This document shows, one piece after another, positions 1 to 15,036 of a DNA stretch of 64,000 bases. Both the position numbers and the translations under genes were made by a program. The notes under the pieces were generated by a model. It did no database searches. It saw only the letters and a list, made by a program, of their open reading frames with translations, and was not told the DNA's origin. Numbering within the stretch: the first letter of the stretch is position 1; each line of letters opens with the position of its first letter. This stretch comes from Chrysomallon squamiferum (Eukaryota; Animalia; Mollusca), in NCBI GenBank assembly GCA_012295275.1, contig CM022666.1, positions 2,356,001 through 2,420,000 on the forward strand, given 5' to 3'.

Positions 1-168
1 TGTTTTCTGTTGGGGGAAAAAAAAAATTGTATTTTATTTTTATATTTACCCACAGAAAGAGAGATTTGTTTAGAAAATAAGGATGTGAACCTTGATACTT
101 TCAAATGCATGTGACTTTAAGTGTGTCTCTGTGAAATGATATAACTTAGTTTTCACAATGTGGCTATT

Positions 169-199
<31 letters not shown>

Positions 200-426
200 T
201 TATTATTATTATTATAGTAAAACTTATTATTTTTTGACGAAATGATGCACATTAAACTTCTTATATTTAGAAATATATAAAAAATCCAGGTTTCATTTTT
301 AATTTTTTGTTTTTTTGTTTTCTTCTTCCACTGTTATTAAATGGCACTGTAATCATATTTAGCATTATTTACCTCTACTATTTGATTTGTCCAAAAATAA
401 TATTTATTTTTTATTATTTTGAATAT

Positions 427-461
<35 letters not shown>

Positions 462-596
462 CATACCAGCAATCTTGTTTTGTCTCAAGACTGTTTAAAA
501 TAATATTTATACGGTCTCAGTATTTATGTTCACAGTTCTTGTAAACTCACCCCCCCAGTTTTAACGTCTAACCCTCCTAACCAGTTATTATTATTA

Positions 597-636
<40 letters not shown>

Positions 637-1686
637 TATTATTATTAATCCAGTACACTTCTCTTTGTAAATTGAAATATCTAATAAAACTATAAATTTA
701 ATCATTGTGTTTTGTCATTTTTGGTTTTTTTTTATTTTTGAAAATCAAATTTTTGGGTTTGTTTTATATATATATACACATACACACACATATATACATA
801 TAGTTTAGACAATATCCTGATAGCACAAGAGAGCTTAATATTACCTGATCTGTGAGTTTTCTAAACACCAAAAGAAAAGTTTCATAGTGCATGGTGCCAG
901 CAGGTTTCATCTTTGCCAACTTGAGGCCCTGAATCACATTTAGTAAGCCATGTTTAAATTAGGACATTTCTTCCACTCAATGGGAGGGTGAATGTAAATA
1001 ATTCCATACTGGTAATGGAAAAACATGTTGGAATTATCTAAAGTTTAATATTAGAAAGCTTATGAATCGTATTTAAACATTTCTTCAGTTTCGTTCCAAG
1101 GGAAGGCATAGAAAGAAAATCCTTCTTGCTAAATAGAAAACTATTACAAGTTATGTCTGAAAGTATTACATACGGTCATAATTTTATAAAGCTTAAATGT
1201 GAAAAAGTAAATGAAAGACAACTAAACATAGCATTCAAATATTACAAGTGAACAAAAAAAACAAAACAAAAACGCAGAAAAGTAACTTCTTTTAGAGAAA
1301 GTAAATATTTATTCACTGTTTTCCTTTTTTTTGTTTTTACATTAGCATAGAGATTTATTAAATAGTGGTAATACAGTATCACAGGTATGTAACATAAAAT
1401 AAAAATGTGGAATTCATTCATTAACTGGATTAAGGCTGTTTAAGGGTAGTAATTTTTGTAAGGTTAATAAATTTAACAGAGAAATACATATGTATGTCAT
1501 GTTCACAAAGACTGGAAATGAAAAAAATAAGATAAAAAAATGTTCAGTATTTATTAATGTACAAAACAAACTACACTGATCTAGGCACTTATGTTGATAT
1601 TTTAAAATTCATGTATTATTTATAATAATAAAAGAAGAAAATTAAAATATTTGATTTGTTAAATTCACATTTCCATGAACAAAAAT

Positions 1687-1719
<33 letters not shown>

Positions 1720-3314
1720 TAAAATAAAATAAAATAAAATAAAATAAAATAAAATAATAATAACAATAACAAAAATAAATTAAAAAAAATAAAAATAAAA
1801 TAAAATAAATTAAAATAAAAATAAAAAACAAGTAAATTTACTAACAAATTTAAAAGGTTAAAATATTTATAGTAATTGATATTTCCAACTGTCTGCTTGT
1901 TCAATGTGGGGGAAAAGTAATAGTAATATTAAAAAATAAAAATATATTACTACAATATATTACCAATAATAATAATAATAATGAAATACAGATATTAAAA
2001 ATAATGTTTTAAACACACAGACACACACACACAAACACATGTACACACAGATGAATATATATTATCTCTTCTACAATGACTATACAAAGAATATTGGATT
2101 ATGTACAGTTATGTATAAAACCACTGGTTACTTGTATAAAAGTTAACATTTTTAATCATTACATTATGTTCTGACTATCAAAATCAAAAACAATATGGAC
2201 TTGAGGTGTATAAATAAAATTAGAAATACATAGTAAAAGACAGGAAAATGTAATAATATCACAGAATAGGTTATTCTTATTTTTTTTATTTTTTTTTAAA
2301 TTATGTTCAAAAATGGACAAAATATGTTGTGCTAAAATGAATGTAGAGGTTTTATCATGTATAAATGACAGAAGCATATTTTAAACATGACTATGGTGAT
2401 CATCCATTTAAAAAAAATATCTTAAAAGACAAAGCCTTAAGTTTCTGCAACTAATCAAAATTCAAAATAAATAAAATTTCATGTTGCTGTATTTCAATAA
2501 AATGGTTAATTTACTTAAAATATTTTTGGGGTTTTTTCATTCAGTTCCTTTAATACCTATTAACACATATCTAGAAATAAAAATTTACTCTATTGTAATA
2601 AAAGTTTTTTTTTTATTTAATTAAAGTATATATATAAATATATATATTTTTTTGTTCATCCTTAGTTCCTTTTATAATAATTATTAACTACCTATCAACA
2701 AAATTCACAAAAATTAATTTATTGTTTTGTAATAAAGTTTTTAATTTAATTAAAAAATTTTCAGTTTTCTTTCACATTATCTGCTATCTCAAATCAAAAT
2801 AAATTTAAAATGTTAGTTTCATTAATTAATTATTTTCTTCTATTTTTTATTTTATTTTATGTAGTTCAATATTTGTTGTCCCATTTTCTTTACTTATTCT
2901 TCTTTATTTTAAATAAACAAATAAAAACATCACAACTATGCTTCATAATAAAAACATATTTTTTAACTAACATTTTTCTGATATGGCAGAACATTTTTTC
3001 TTTTCTTTTTTTTCTTTTTTTTTAAAAAATAGCATACATTATAAAACAAATATTGTATAAAGATGTAAACACTCCCAAAAATATAAATGATCACAAACAT
3101 ATTAATACTAGAGGAAAATACAAAATACTTATATATCACTTGCAAATGATATTAATGAGTTTTTAAATTTCTGCTCAGATATTCTGTACACATGCATGCA
3201 TAAACGTGTACACACATGCATGTACAGAAAGTTTCCCAAAATAAAAGATAAATTATAAAACAATAATAAAACAATAAATATATAATCTCTCACGCATGCA
3301 TTTATACATATATC

Positions 3315-3357
<43 letters not shown>

Positions 3358-3878
3358 TTAATTTGGCTAAATTATCTTTAAACTGACTTTTCATTCAGTT
3401 GTTGATAATACTGAAGTATTAAACTTAAGAAAATAAACTTGTGATCTTTTTTGTTCCTGTTCCAATATTACTCCTAACCAATCTCTTGCCCAAAGCAATA
3501 CCAGTGCTTACTTGTATAATGTTATAATCACACTGTTGCCTGCAAGTGAACATTATTCTAAGGCTGACTTCTGTATTATCCAGCACAATATGAAGTACAT
3601 TTAGCTTTAAATATACAGTACATTTGTAAAGACTTTTCCTTGAAATTTAATTACCTATTTTATATCTAGCTGTACTGAGGCTGAGAAAACATAACAAGAC
3701 AAGGGAAAAAAAAACAAAACAAAGAAAAATGATAAAAATATTAAAATAATGAAATTCATTGTTTATAACAAGCTGGTACCAAAAACGGAATTTATTTTGT
3801 GAAAATAACAACAATCTAGACTTCAAAATAAATCATTAACATATTGTTTCTGTCACAGAGATATAAAAAAAAAAAGTG

Positions 3879-4160
3879 TGATGACATCATAATTATACTG
3901 TTACCATTTCACTGCTTGACTCAGATAAATTTGTTTACTGATGATGTCATAAGCAAACTGTTATTTCATTGGTTGATACAGAGTTGTCTTTTTTTTTTAT
4001 TGATGATGTCATAATTATACTGCTATTTCATTATTTGATTTAGAATTTTTATTTTTATTACTGATGATGTCATAATCATACTTCACTGCTTGATTTAGAA
4101 AAAAAAATATGCGGATGATGTCATAATCTGCTTTTTTTTTTAATGATGATGTCATAATTA
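3879..4160. repeat. Degenerate ~60-bp tandem repeat with conserved TGATGAYRTCATAA core in the XRRA1 3' UTR
   Basis: Six cores at ~3879, 3939, 4001, 4062, 4114 and 4144. Confidence 0.75.
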
Positions 4161-4347
4161 TGTTGACATGACCTCACTGCTGCTTATTCGTGAGATTTCT
4201 CTGGAGGCAGAATGCACTGACTCAACAGCCCTTTTCATGAGTGTTCGCTTTTCCTGAGCTTCTTTCATAGAACTGACGCGAACAGCGTTGTAACGATTTT
4301 GTATCTGAAATGTTAACAAATAAATCAGCAAAAACATTTTTTTTATA

Positions 4348-4384
<37 letters not shown>

Positions 4385-7300
4385 ACCCGAATAAACAAAA
4401 CAAATTAGTAATTTTTTACGTATTTGAAATAAAAAGAAATGAAATATAAATTTGTATTTAATAAAGAAAGAAATTATAAAAAAAAATTTTGTTCAGGAAG
4501 GAAAAAAATTCCAAAACAAAATGAATATTTTTCTTTAATAATAATAATAAAAAAAAAAAAGAAATCCAGAAAAAAAGGCACAAATGTTTATTTAATAAAG
4601 ACCCCAAAAATAGATGTTTTCCTTGTGTTTTTCACATCAGTTGACCTTCTGCTATCTTTGATGTAAAAAACAAACAAATACATGATGTTGACTGAGGTAT
4701 TATGCAGCTGTGCAAAACACCTTTGGAACAATCAGCAGCTGAGAAATGCCAGGTGTTCATTGCAGGTTCAGGTTTTATACACGTACACTTCCCTTACTAA
4801 TGATTTTGAATTCAATGAAACAGAACTGATGGGGGATTCTGGGCTTCATACATTCTTTAAAAACATGTTTAGCATCAAAAATTCTTTTTTTTTAATTTTT
4901 TTATTATAATTTTTTGGTTTTGTTGTTTTGTTGCGTTTTTCTGCTGAAATTTTTAGATAAGTATTTTTTCTGTGTTGGAGTTTTTAAATAAAGTATTTTC
5001 CATTAAAGCTTTTAGGTGTAGTATTTTCTGAATGTTGTTTTCAGATTCGGTATTATGTGTGTTGGAGTTTTTGGACAAGATATTTTTTGTTGGAATTTTT
5101 AGACAAGATATTTTCTGTTATAAGAGTTTTTAGATAATATATTTTCTGATGGAATTTTTAGAGAAGATATTTTCTGTTGAAACTTTTAGTCAAGATATTT
5201 TCTATTGGAATTTTTCGACAAGAATTTTCTGATGGAATTTTTCGACAAGATATTTCCTGTTGGAGTTTTTAGATAATATATTTTCTGATGGAGATTTTAG
5301 ATAATATATTTTCTGTTGCAGTTTTTTGGACAAGGTATTTTCTGTTGGAGTTTTAAGATAAAATATTTTCTGATCGAGATTTTAGACAAGATATTTTCTG
5401 TTGCAGTTTTTTATACAAAATATTTTCTGATCGAGTTTTTAGACAAGATATTTTCTGTTCCAGTTATAAATACACACGAATGCGTGACATTTTTCAATTC
5501 TGAATCAACAGCTGTGACTAAAATCCCTGTGTTTGAGGGGGCAGGGGTCACAGTGTATTTAAAATACTGACCTGGGCTAGCAGGGTTTCGGCTTCACGAA
5601 GACTCCTTCTGTGCTCTCGTTTCTTGCTCCTGAGGACATGCTCCAGCGGCTTCTCCTCCACTGTTGAGCGATCCCTCAAAGCGTGCAGCAGCTCATCCAC
5701 CTTTTCTGCTCTGGTCTTTCTGGGCGGAGGTGGCACAGGTACCTGCACAGGTAAGACAAAAGGTAAAATCAACATCCCTTTGCTGCTATTTGTAAAAAGT
5801 AATCTATGGAAATGTAGGCCTGTTTTAAATCACCTTGTATCTTATTTTAAGTCACCTCGTATCCTGTTTTAAATCACCTTGTATCCTATTTTAATTCACC
5901 TTGTATCCAATTTTAAACCACCTTGTATCCTATCTTAAACTTCCTTCATGCAAAACTAATCTTCTACTTTCAACCCCTGTCACTTATCTAACTAAAACAC
6001 ATAATAATAGCAGAAATGAGATATATAAGAAAAACTGGGACTAAGCAAAAAGGAGTTTTGTGATGTTTGTGTTAAAGGCAAAGCAACAGAATTTTGTTTG
6101 ACAGACTGTACCTACATACACTACCAGATTACATCCTAAAGACTAGACATAATAAAAAAAATGGACATTACAATATGAAACTGAACTAGATGTCTTTGTT
6201 TTGTTTGTGAAATATTACCGAGCATTTTGCCATCTACAGTAGTCAGTGCTGTAGTAAAAAGATTCAGGAAAGGAAAGGAAAGACTCCACAGAAAATATTT
6301 ACAAGAGAAGGCTAAAAGGAAAATGGACACAGAAAAATAAAATAATGAAACCCAACTCTCATGACACCCATCCCTTTTTATGATGCCACTTATTTTTAGC
6401 GTGTTTGTGGACATTTTTTCTATTTGCTGCCTGACAATTAATTTATTTTCTGCCGTAACATTTTAATACACTTCTATAACAACCTGACTGTTGCAAAATG
6501 CCATGTCAATGCATTTTTATAACTATTACTTGCGTGAAACACAGGGTCTCAAAACAAGAAGGACAGTGTAATTAGCATCAATGTCAATGTTTTTCTAAAT
6601 GCACACTATGTTTTATTTTACCAGTATTATTATGTATGCAGATACATTAAAAAAAAAAAAAAAACACACAAAAAACATTGAAAATTTGTTGCAAACAGAC
6701 ATTGCAGTAAAAGAAAGAATCCACAGGAAAATTATAAGATACATCTAAAAGGAAAACGGAGGCAGAAAAAAAAAATAATAAAACGAAGAAAAAAAAAAAA
6801 AAAAAAAAACATTTGTTCCACCTATCTGTTTTTGATGGTGCTGCTTGATTTCAGTGTATTTTTTTTGTGGAAGTTTTCTGTTTTCCCATGCAGATTAGAA
6901 AGTGTCTTGCCTGTCTAGATATTTATGTTTTGTTGTGTTGGCAGGGAAAAAAAAGAATGTTACAAAAAAAAGGCGTTTGTAATAATCCACCTAACTGCTA
7001 TGGGCAACGCATTTTATAATTGTTACATGTGAAAACACCGTGTCTTGATATTACAACAACAAGTTGTCAACACAATTAGCACAAAAATCAGTAGATGCTC
7101 ATTATGTTGATGAGAGTCTCAAACAGGTCATGACAATGACGCACAACCTTTTATTTCTACAAGCTCTGCCTCAAACACATGCCCTTATGTACGCACGCAT
7201 GCATGCAGCATTCAGTTTGTTTTAGAAGAAGTAGAATTAGTACTTGTTGTGGTAGTTGGAATAGTAATTATTGTGGTAGCAGTAGCAGCAGAGAATAATA

Positions 7301-8826
7301 GTATATTGGCAGTATAGAAGTAATGATATTATTATTAGCAGCAGCAGTGATAGCAGTATTTGTAGTAACGCTTGTAAAATAGCAAATGTCACAGTAGTAG
7401 CATGAAAGGTAGTTGTAATGATAATGCTAGTAGTAGTAGTAGTAACAGTAGTAGTTGCAGTAGTAAAAACAGTAGTAGTAGCAGTAGTGGCAGTAATATT
7501 AACAGCAGTCACACTAGTAGAATTAATAATAGTAATAGTAGCAGCAACAGTAGTAGCTGCAATAGTAACAACAGTAGCAGCAGTAGTAGCAGCAGTAGTA
7601 GCAGTAGTAGCAGCAGCAGTAGCAGTAGTAGAAGTAGTAACTGTTGTGGCAGTAGTAGTAGCAATGGTAGTAACACTGTACATAGTGATTGTAATGGTGA
7701 CTGTTTATGTTCAGTGTTATTCTTAGTGTGAGATAAAATGAATGTAAGTGTTTCAAACAAACCCTGCGATATTCTTTAACTTCTCGTGGAACTCGGTCAA
7801 GCCGTGCTGCGGGACTTCTGTAAACAAGTTCATTGTTTAGCATCAGTTTTAAAGCTCGCAGATTTGACTGGATGTCTGCAAAAAAACAAAAAATAATAAT
7901 ATTAACAATACTACTACTACTACTACTAATAATAATAGTAATAATAATAAATAAAATAAAAAGTTTGTATTAATTTTTTAGTCACTTCAAGGTTATTAAC
8001 CTCTACGCTTTATAAAATTAAAATTAAAATTAAAATTACATTAAAATTAAAATTAAAATCAAAATCAAAATTATAATCAAAATTAAAATTTCCAGTAATT
8101 CTTAATTAACAAGGCGTAACAAAAATGTTCATCCATCCCTCCATCCATCAATAAACGGTCTATTTTTAATTTTGTTTTCTACATCTTTTTTCTTTCTTTC
8201 TTTCTTTCTTTCTTTTGTTTTTACCTTTAGGAGGACAAATATCTTCATCCTCACTATCATCATCGCTCATCAGAAGTTCTTCATAACCCTCGAACTTTTC
8301 CAGTAATTCTGACCTCGTCTCTGGCTTATCTCCCTTGTCTTCCTTCTCCTTTGAAGGTTGTTCGTCCTCTTCTTTCTGATCATTCACCTGATTAAAAAAA
8401 AAATAATAATAATAATAATAATTAATTTAACCCAATTTTGATCAGTTTCCTTTAAAAACACAGTTAAAGAGTTAAAGGGCAATGACAGGTATATCGACCA
8501 TTCCAGAAGACAGGAAATCATATATCATTTCCTTTTGATAAACCAGTTGTGGAGAACCTGCTGGAATGGGCAATAGGCCAGTAGGAGTGCTAAAGAAAGT
8601 TCAAACAGATGGATTGAAAGTGTAGACTTTTATAAAAAATAAAAAATATAAAATAATAATAACGATAATAATAATAACAATAATAATAATAATGGTAATA
8701 GTAATAGTAGTAGTAATATCAGTAGTAGCAATAATAATGGCAAAAGGAATATTAATAATAATAATAATAATAGTAAAAATAATAATAATCACACCAGTAG
8801 CAGTAGTAGTAATAATTATCAACAGC

Positions 8827-8907
<81 letters not shown>

Positions 8908-11900
8908 AACAAACAAACAAACAAACAAACAAACAAACAAACAAACAAACAAACAAACAAACAAACAAACAAACAAATAAATAAATAAACAAACAAACAA
9001 ACAAACAAATAAACAAACAAGTAAGTAAAATCTACATCACACCTGAGTCATGAAGAAATCATTATCATCTTCATCCTCATCGTCTCCCTCTTCCTTGTCA
9101 TTCTGGTTGCTGGTTGAACTGATGGGGGGTAAAGGTCTGTTGCTGTTCAGATTAGCTGTCCCTCCTTTCTGCGCTTTGTGTTGCCTCTCAGGATGTCCCA
9201 GCATCAGCATGATCTGCAGTTTGGGCTTTGGCACTCTGGGAACTATGTCTGAAACCTGACAGAAGCGTACAGCATTTTACAACAGCTCTCACTCCTGATA
9301 GCCAAATTACTATTATTTTTACTTTGGTCTGACATAAGACAGAGTCAAAATTGCTATATTTTTAAGAACAAAATATATATATAATATATATATATTTATA
9401 CATAACAAGTACCTTTCTGTGTTTTTTCTGTGGAACTTCTATAGTTGGTTTTGGCACTGGTGGTTTCGGTTTCCTGAAAAAAAAAATAAAAAAAAAAAAA
9501 CATATTTCAAAAACCAATTTCTCTAAGAACATAAACACATCTGAAAGTTGTTTACTGAAGTATTTCTCAATGTCAGGAGACTTACTAGGAGCTTGTTTTG
9601 AAAACGGAGGAAGTAATGAAAAGTATTTTTGAAACCCTTTTAGAAACATGGCAGGACTCGGATGCAGTGTCCATAACAAAAATATGACATTCCGGTCAAC
9701 CTAGACTTTAGTGAATGTATCAACTGTTATTATTTTTTTTTGTTTAGCTGAACTGCATAGAATGATCTAGTTTCTCAGTTTGTGTTCCTCACCTGACCAT
9801 TTTGATGCCAAGTCGATCCTGCAGAAATATCTTGAGCAAAGGAGGGTCTCCTACCATCTCATTTGTCAGAGGGTTGTCGTGGATGAGCAGCTCCACCAGC
9901 ATTGGCCAAGCTGCCACTGCCAGCAGACCTTCCTCCTCCATTATCTGTGAAGCAGAAGTCAAAGTATTTGAATCTGAACCTTAATCTAGAGTGACGTTTT
10001 TCTGCATAACGCCGTAATTACTGAAGGCACGATTTGAAAGATAATTATCCAGCAAAATATTTCAGAAAATAATTTAAAAAAAAAAAATAATGGAGACTAA
10101 ATTTTTTTTTTAATCTGATGAAGATGAATTAAGCAAATAATAGCAAAATATGAGCTACATTTTTTTGAATGTGAGAATTATGTAGCAAAACCTTTCAGAA
10201 ATTAATACAAAAAATTTACAGATTAGATTTTCAAATATGATGAATTATGTAGTGAAATAATTAAGCAAATAAAACAAAAAGGTATGTGCTAAACTTTCAA
10301 ATATGATGAATTGTGTAGCAAAACATTTCAGAAAACAGTACAAAAATAATATAGACTGCATTTTGAAATGATCTAAAAAAAACATATTTTATCATACACC
10401 ATAGCAGTTATCCTTGATCTTGGCAATGTTTCTATGAACAATAAATGTTCAAAGTGAATAAAGAAGCAGATGAATTAGAGAATCTACAAATGTTTATCAA
10501 ATTATCGTAAAATAAATGACTACTTAGTATCATTCATATCTTATTGCACAACAGTGAGACTAGACAAGGAAACTGTTGTCATGACTACATGGTCTATTTT
10601 TAATTAACCAGCAGGGTGGGATATTTTATAAAGCTCTGTCTAATAAACCCCCCCAAAAAAGCAGGACAGAGTGACCACAGGACATTGGCTCAGACAACAA
10701 AAAAAAAAAAAAAAAAAAAAAAAAACAGTGGATGCAGTGAGACAATTTAATCCTAGGATCCTTCGTGCTTCAGAATCTTGTAACCAACAAGCTACACTGT
10801 GTCCTTTCAGGGTTCTGAAATAACACACAGAGAGATTCTGCTAGCACAACAAATAACAATTACTGCACAGTGAACAGAAGAAATTGCCCCACAGGATCAA
10901 CACAAGCTGTATCACACCATCTGGACTGAGGCAACAAAGACTGTGGACAAGAGAAAACAACCAACGTGAAGTGGAACTGGATGAAAATAATCACACAACA
11001 TACTTTGTTGTGAGACAGGTTCAGGTGACACAGTTCGGGAAAAGCACACAGCGACATTTCAGGAAGGTTGTCCATTTTGTTGCTGCCGTCACCTTGCGTC
11101 GACATCTCTGCTCTGTACTCGTCTGAGTTCTGAAGTGCGTTCATTCGAGCTGTGATGTCTCCCAGATTTAAACTCAGGTCATCATTCAGTAAATCTTTAA
11201 AAAAAAATAAAAAAAAAAAAAAAAAAAAAAAAAGACAATAAAATTTGAAAAGAAAATATAAAATTCAAAGAAAATCTAATTTTTGAAAAACAACATAAAA
11301 ATTCAAAGAAAATCAAATTTTTAAAAACATAATAAAATTTCAAAGAAAATCAAATTTTTAAAAACAAAATAAAAATTCAAAGAAATTCAAATTTAAAGAC
11401 AAAATAAAAATCTGTTAATGACTGTGTCTGTGGTTTGAGCCAGTCAGTAAATCTTTTATTTTAAAAACTTTAAACACAAAATAGAAATATTTTGGTAGTT
11501 ATGTTGATTTGATGATGATGATGATGATGAAAATGTTTTATTATAATAAAATAAGTAGTAGTAAAATTATTAACATAATAAATAGTAATTATTAATAGGA
11601 GATGAATGAATGAAAGATTATTTCCCATTCCAGACAGGGTTCTGTTTTTATCAAGAATTGTAATTTGTTTTTATTATTTACTGGAATGTATATTTATATG
11701 ATTCACTGCTGCCAGATCATGGAAAAGTTCTTTCAGGTTTCAGCTTCAATAAAAATGTCTGAAATAATCTCAAATTCACCATCAAAGTAGTATTTCTTAT
11801 TTCTCTAATATCAATGTAACTGTACTACAGTTTTTTTTTAATTTTTAATTTTTATTATTATTATTACTACTTTTTCTTTTTTAATCATATCATTCTAAAC

Positions 11901-12021
11901 AGTTGGAGAAAGTATAGAAACTATATTTCACTATAATTCTTTAAATTCAACTGTTAAAAAAAAAAAAAAAAATTAAAAAACAAATTAAATAAAATTAAAA
12001 AACATTTTAAAAAATATAATA

Positions 12022-12060
<39 letters not shown>

Positions 12061-13021
12061 TATTAAAAAATAATAAAATAAAAATTTAAACAAAATTACT
12101 ACTATTATTATTATTCTAAAATAATAAAAAAAAAAAAAAAAATGTTACCATTTTTACCTTTCGCAATTGTTTCTTTGCCATCAGTATTTTCTTTTTCTTT
12201 AACATCTCCTGATTCTTTTTCAGCAGGCCTGGCTCTCGGTTCCTCTTCTTCATTTCTCTCTTTGTCAGGACAAACATGCCTTTTGGTGACAGCAGTTCTC
12301 TGGGAATGTCACTCAAAGACCTGTGACTCAACCGATCACTTTTTTTGGCCGACTTCGAAGGTTTCAAAATTGGCTTACTCTCTTCAGGGACAACTTTTCC
12401 TTCGACAGATTTCAACTGAGGTATGTAGTAGATTAAGTTCTTTTCCAAGTTGAGATGTTTCAGTCTGCGTGCAGTTTGAAAATTTGAAACTTTAATTGAT
12501 AATGGAAGGTGCATGGGGGAAATGATTTTTTTTTTTTTTTTTTTTTTTTTCATGAAATGAATCTAACAATTCCAGTAAAAAAAAAAAAAAAAAAAAAAAA
12601 AAAGATGGAATGATAAATAAAAACGGCACTTGCTAAGTATTAATCTGGCAAAATTAAATACATTTATTTCATATTTGATTGTGTTAATTGTTTATACGTC
12701 ATATTCACTTAACATGTTACTGTAACTGTGACAATGATTAACAAGTAACACAAACTTGTTGTAACCAACACTGATGATACTGATAATTTTGTTAACTAGA
12801 ATTTTTATTTTTATTTTGTTTTTAGAGACTTATTTGCTTATTTGTTTCTTGGTGATTAATTCGTTTAGTTTTATTTCTATCAAAGAATGTTCTGGGGTAA
12901 GGGAATTAGTTCAGGTTGTTGTTCTTTTTTCTTGTTTTAAACTCTGAAGTAAGACCACATGAGAAGTGAAACCCTCAAGATATCTGCTAAAATTTTACAT
13001 TTAAAACATGCAAATGAATGT

Positions 13022-13074
<53 letters not shown>

Positions 13075-14375
13075 ATTGTGTGTGTATTCATATGTGCATT
13101 CCTGCGTTTGAAAGAGAACATGTATATACTGATAAAAAGTCTTAACAAATATCTATATCTGTGTTTCGTAATGAACAGATATAATATTTGGATGCACATA
13201 ACATAAAGTACAATATATTTTAATACATCATCTAAACAGGATCATGGAAAATAGCTACATTGACAATGAAAATGAACAAACAAATTTTTTTTTTTAAAAT
13301 GATCTTCATATGAAATTTGTTTCTGTGTAATTTACCTCTGTAATCCAGCCAAAGCAGCAAAGACATTCAAATCTGATAATTTGTTGTCATCCAGCATCAA
13401 AACTTCAAGTTTGGGATATCTGGCAATGCGAATTTTCCTTTTAAAAAAATAAAAAATAAAAATAAAAATATAGAGATGATAAACAAACAAGACAGTCAGT
13501 TTTAATAAATGTTCAGAAAAGATTTTGTAAAGGAGGGAAGAGAAAGAAAGAAAGAAAGAAAGACGAAAGAGAAAATTAATTAAATTAGTTAGTAAACATA
13601 ATAAAGTAATTTAAACTTGATTGATTAATTTTGTTTGGAAAAATAAATTAATTAATTTGCCCAATTTATTTAACATTTGTTCAACCTAAATCAACGCATT
13701 TATCAAATTATTCAAATTTCTTAAATTAAATCTAAATGAAAACTAAAAACCAACCAAAACAAATCATTTATCAATTCCTTTATTTATATATATATATATA
13801 TATGTACATGTTTCTCTCTGTATAAGCATGTGTTTGCAGGAGTGCATATACATATACACACGGTTTCTTATTGTGTATGTGCGTGTGTGCCTATATGTGC
13901 ATGCATGAGTGTGTGTGTGTGTGTGTGAGATGCATGTATTTTAATTACTGACAACTCACTTTTCCTTGGATATGTAAGGAAGAGCCATATCTGCTGGCAG
14001 AGTGGTGAAGTTGTTGCCACTTAAGTGCAACACTTTGAGATTCTGAAGCAAGCCTAAAAGCAGAACGTCATCCTGGGACAGATTATTGAACGAAACGTCA
14101 AGAAGCTGAAACCAAAATTAATTTAGTGTTAAATATGCAATTTTGTATTCTGACAAAGAAGCAAGGGATGAGTAGAAATAATGAAAATAATTATGTTTTC
14201 TCTGATGCCACTGGTTTGTCATCTTTAGTATTCACTTTTTACGTTTTCATTGTGCTTTCTGATGATTCATATAAAAAAAAAATCTAAAAAATAATCATTG
14301 TGCTTGTTTTCATTGATGTTATTGTTTTGTTTTATCCATCCCAGATAGCATGTTTCAAGTTTCAGAAATCTTAGT

Positions 14376-14420
<45 letters not shown>

Positions 14421-15004
14421 TAATTAATAAAATTACATATGAGATACAGTCAATTTTTCTGCAGTTCAAAATATTATTGTTAATTTTGAAAAATCGTTTT
14501 ACACCAGGCCAATGTTATTCCAGAGGGCAACATGTGCTGGAAACTTTTGTATTTAGAAAAAATATAACAATAAAAAAAGTAATAATAATAATTTCAAAGA
14601 ACCTACAGTATCACCATATTTGAAATGAATTACCTCCAGATACGGAAAATGTCCAATATCAAAATTTAAGCCTCGCAAACCATTCAAGGGCATCTCCAAT
14701 TCTCGAAGAGTAGGAAATCCTCTAAATGCCTCTACAAATATGTAAATAAATTATTTACTAACTGAAGCTATAATGCAAATGACACAGATAAAGTAAATCA
14801 TACAAATACAAGTTGGGACAACCGATTATTTCGATTTTTTTTGTGATGAATCTGCTAAATGTTACATCTACTTAAAATGTACCACTAATGTAAATATTAA
14901 TATAAATATAGTTTAGTGTTATCTTCTAAATATATGTGTATGTATGCATGTATGTATGTATGTATGTATGTATGTATGTATGTATGTATGTATATAGATA
15001 CATC

Positions 15005-15036
<32 letters not shown>

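Noticed and set aside
3879-5460. Repeat-spacer patterns resembling CRISPR arrays
   Set aside because: The context is eukaryotic, the spacers are related to each other, and there are no cas genes; these are minisatellites.
7237-9020. Long poly-S/T/V/L/I/N ORFs in the ORF track
   Set aside because: They are translations of microsatellites within XRRA1 introns and are open in several frames.
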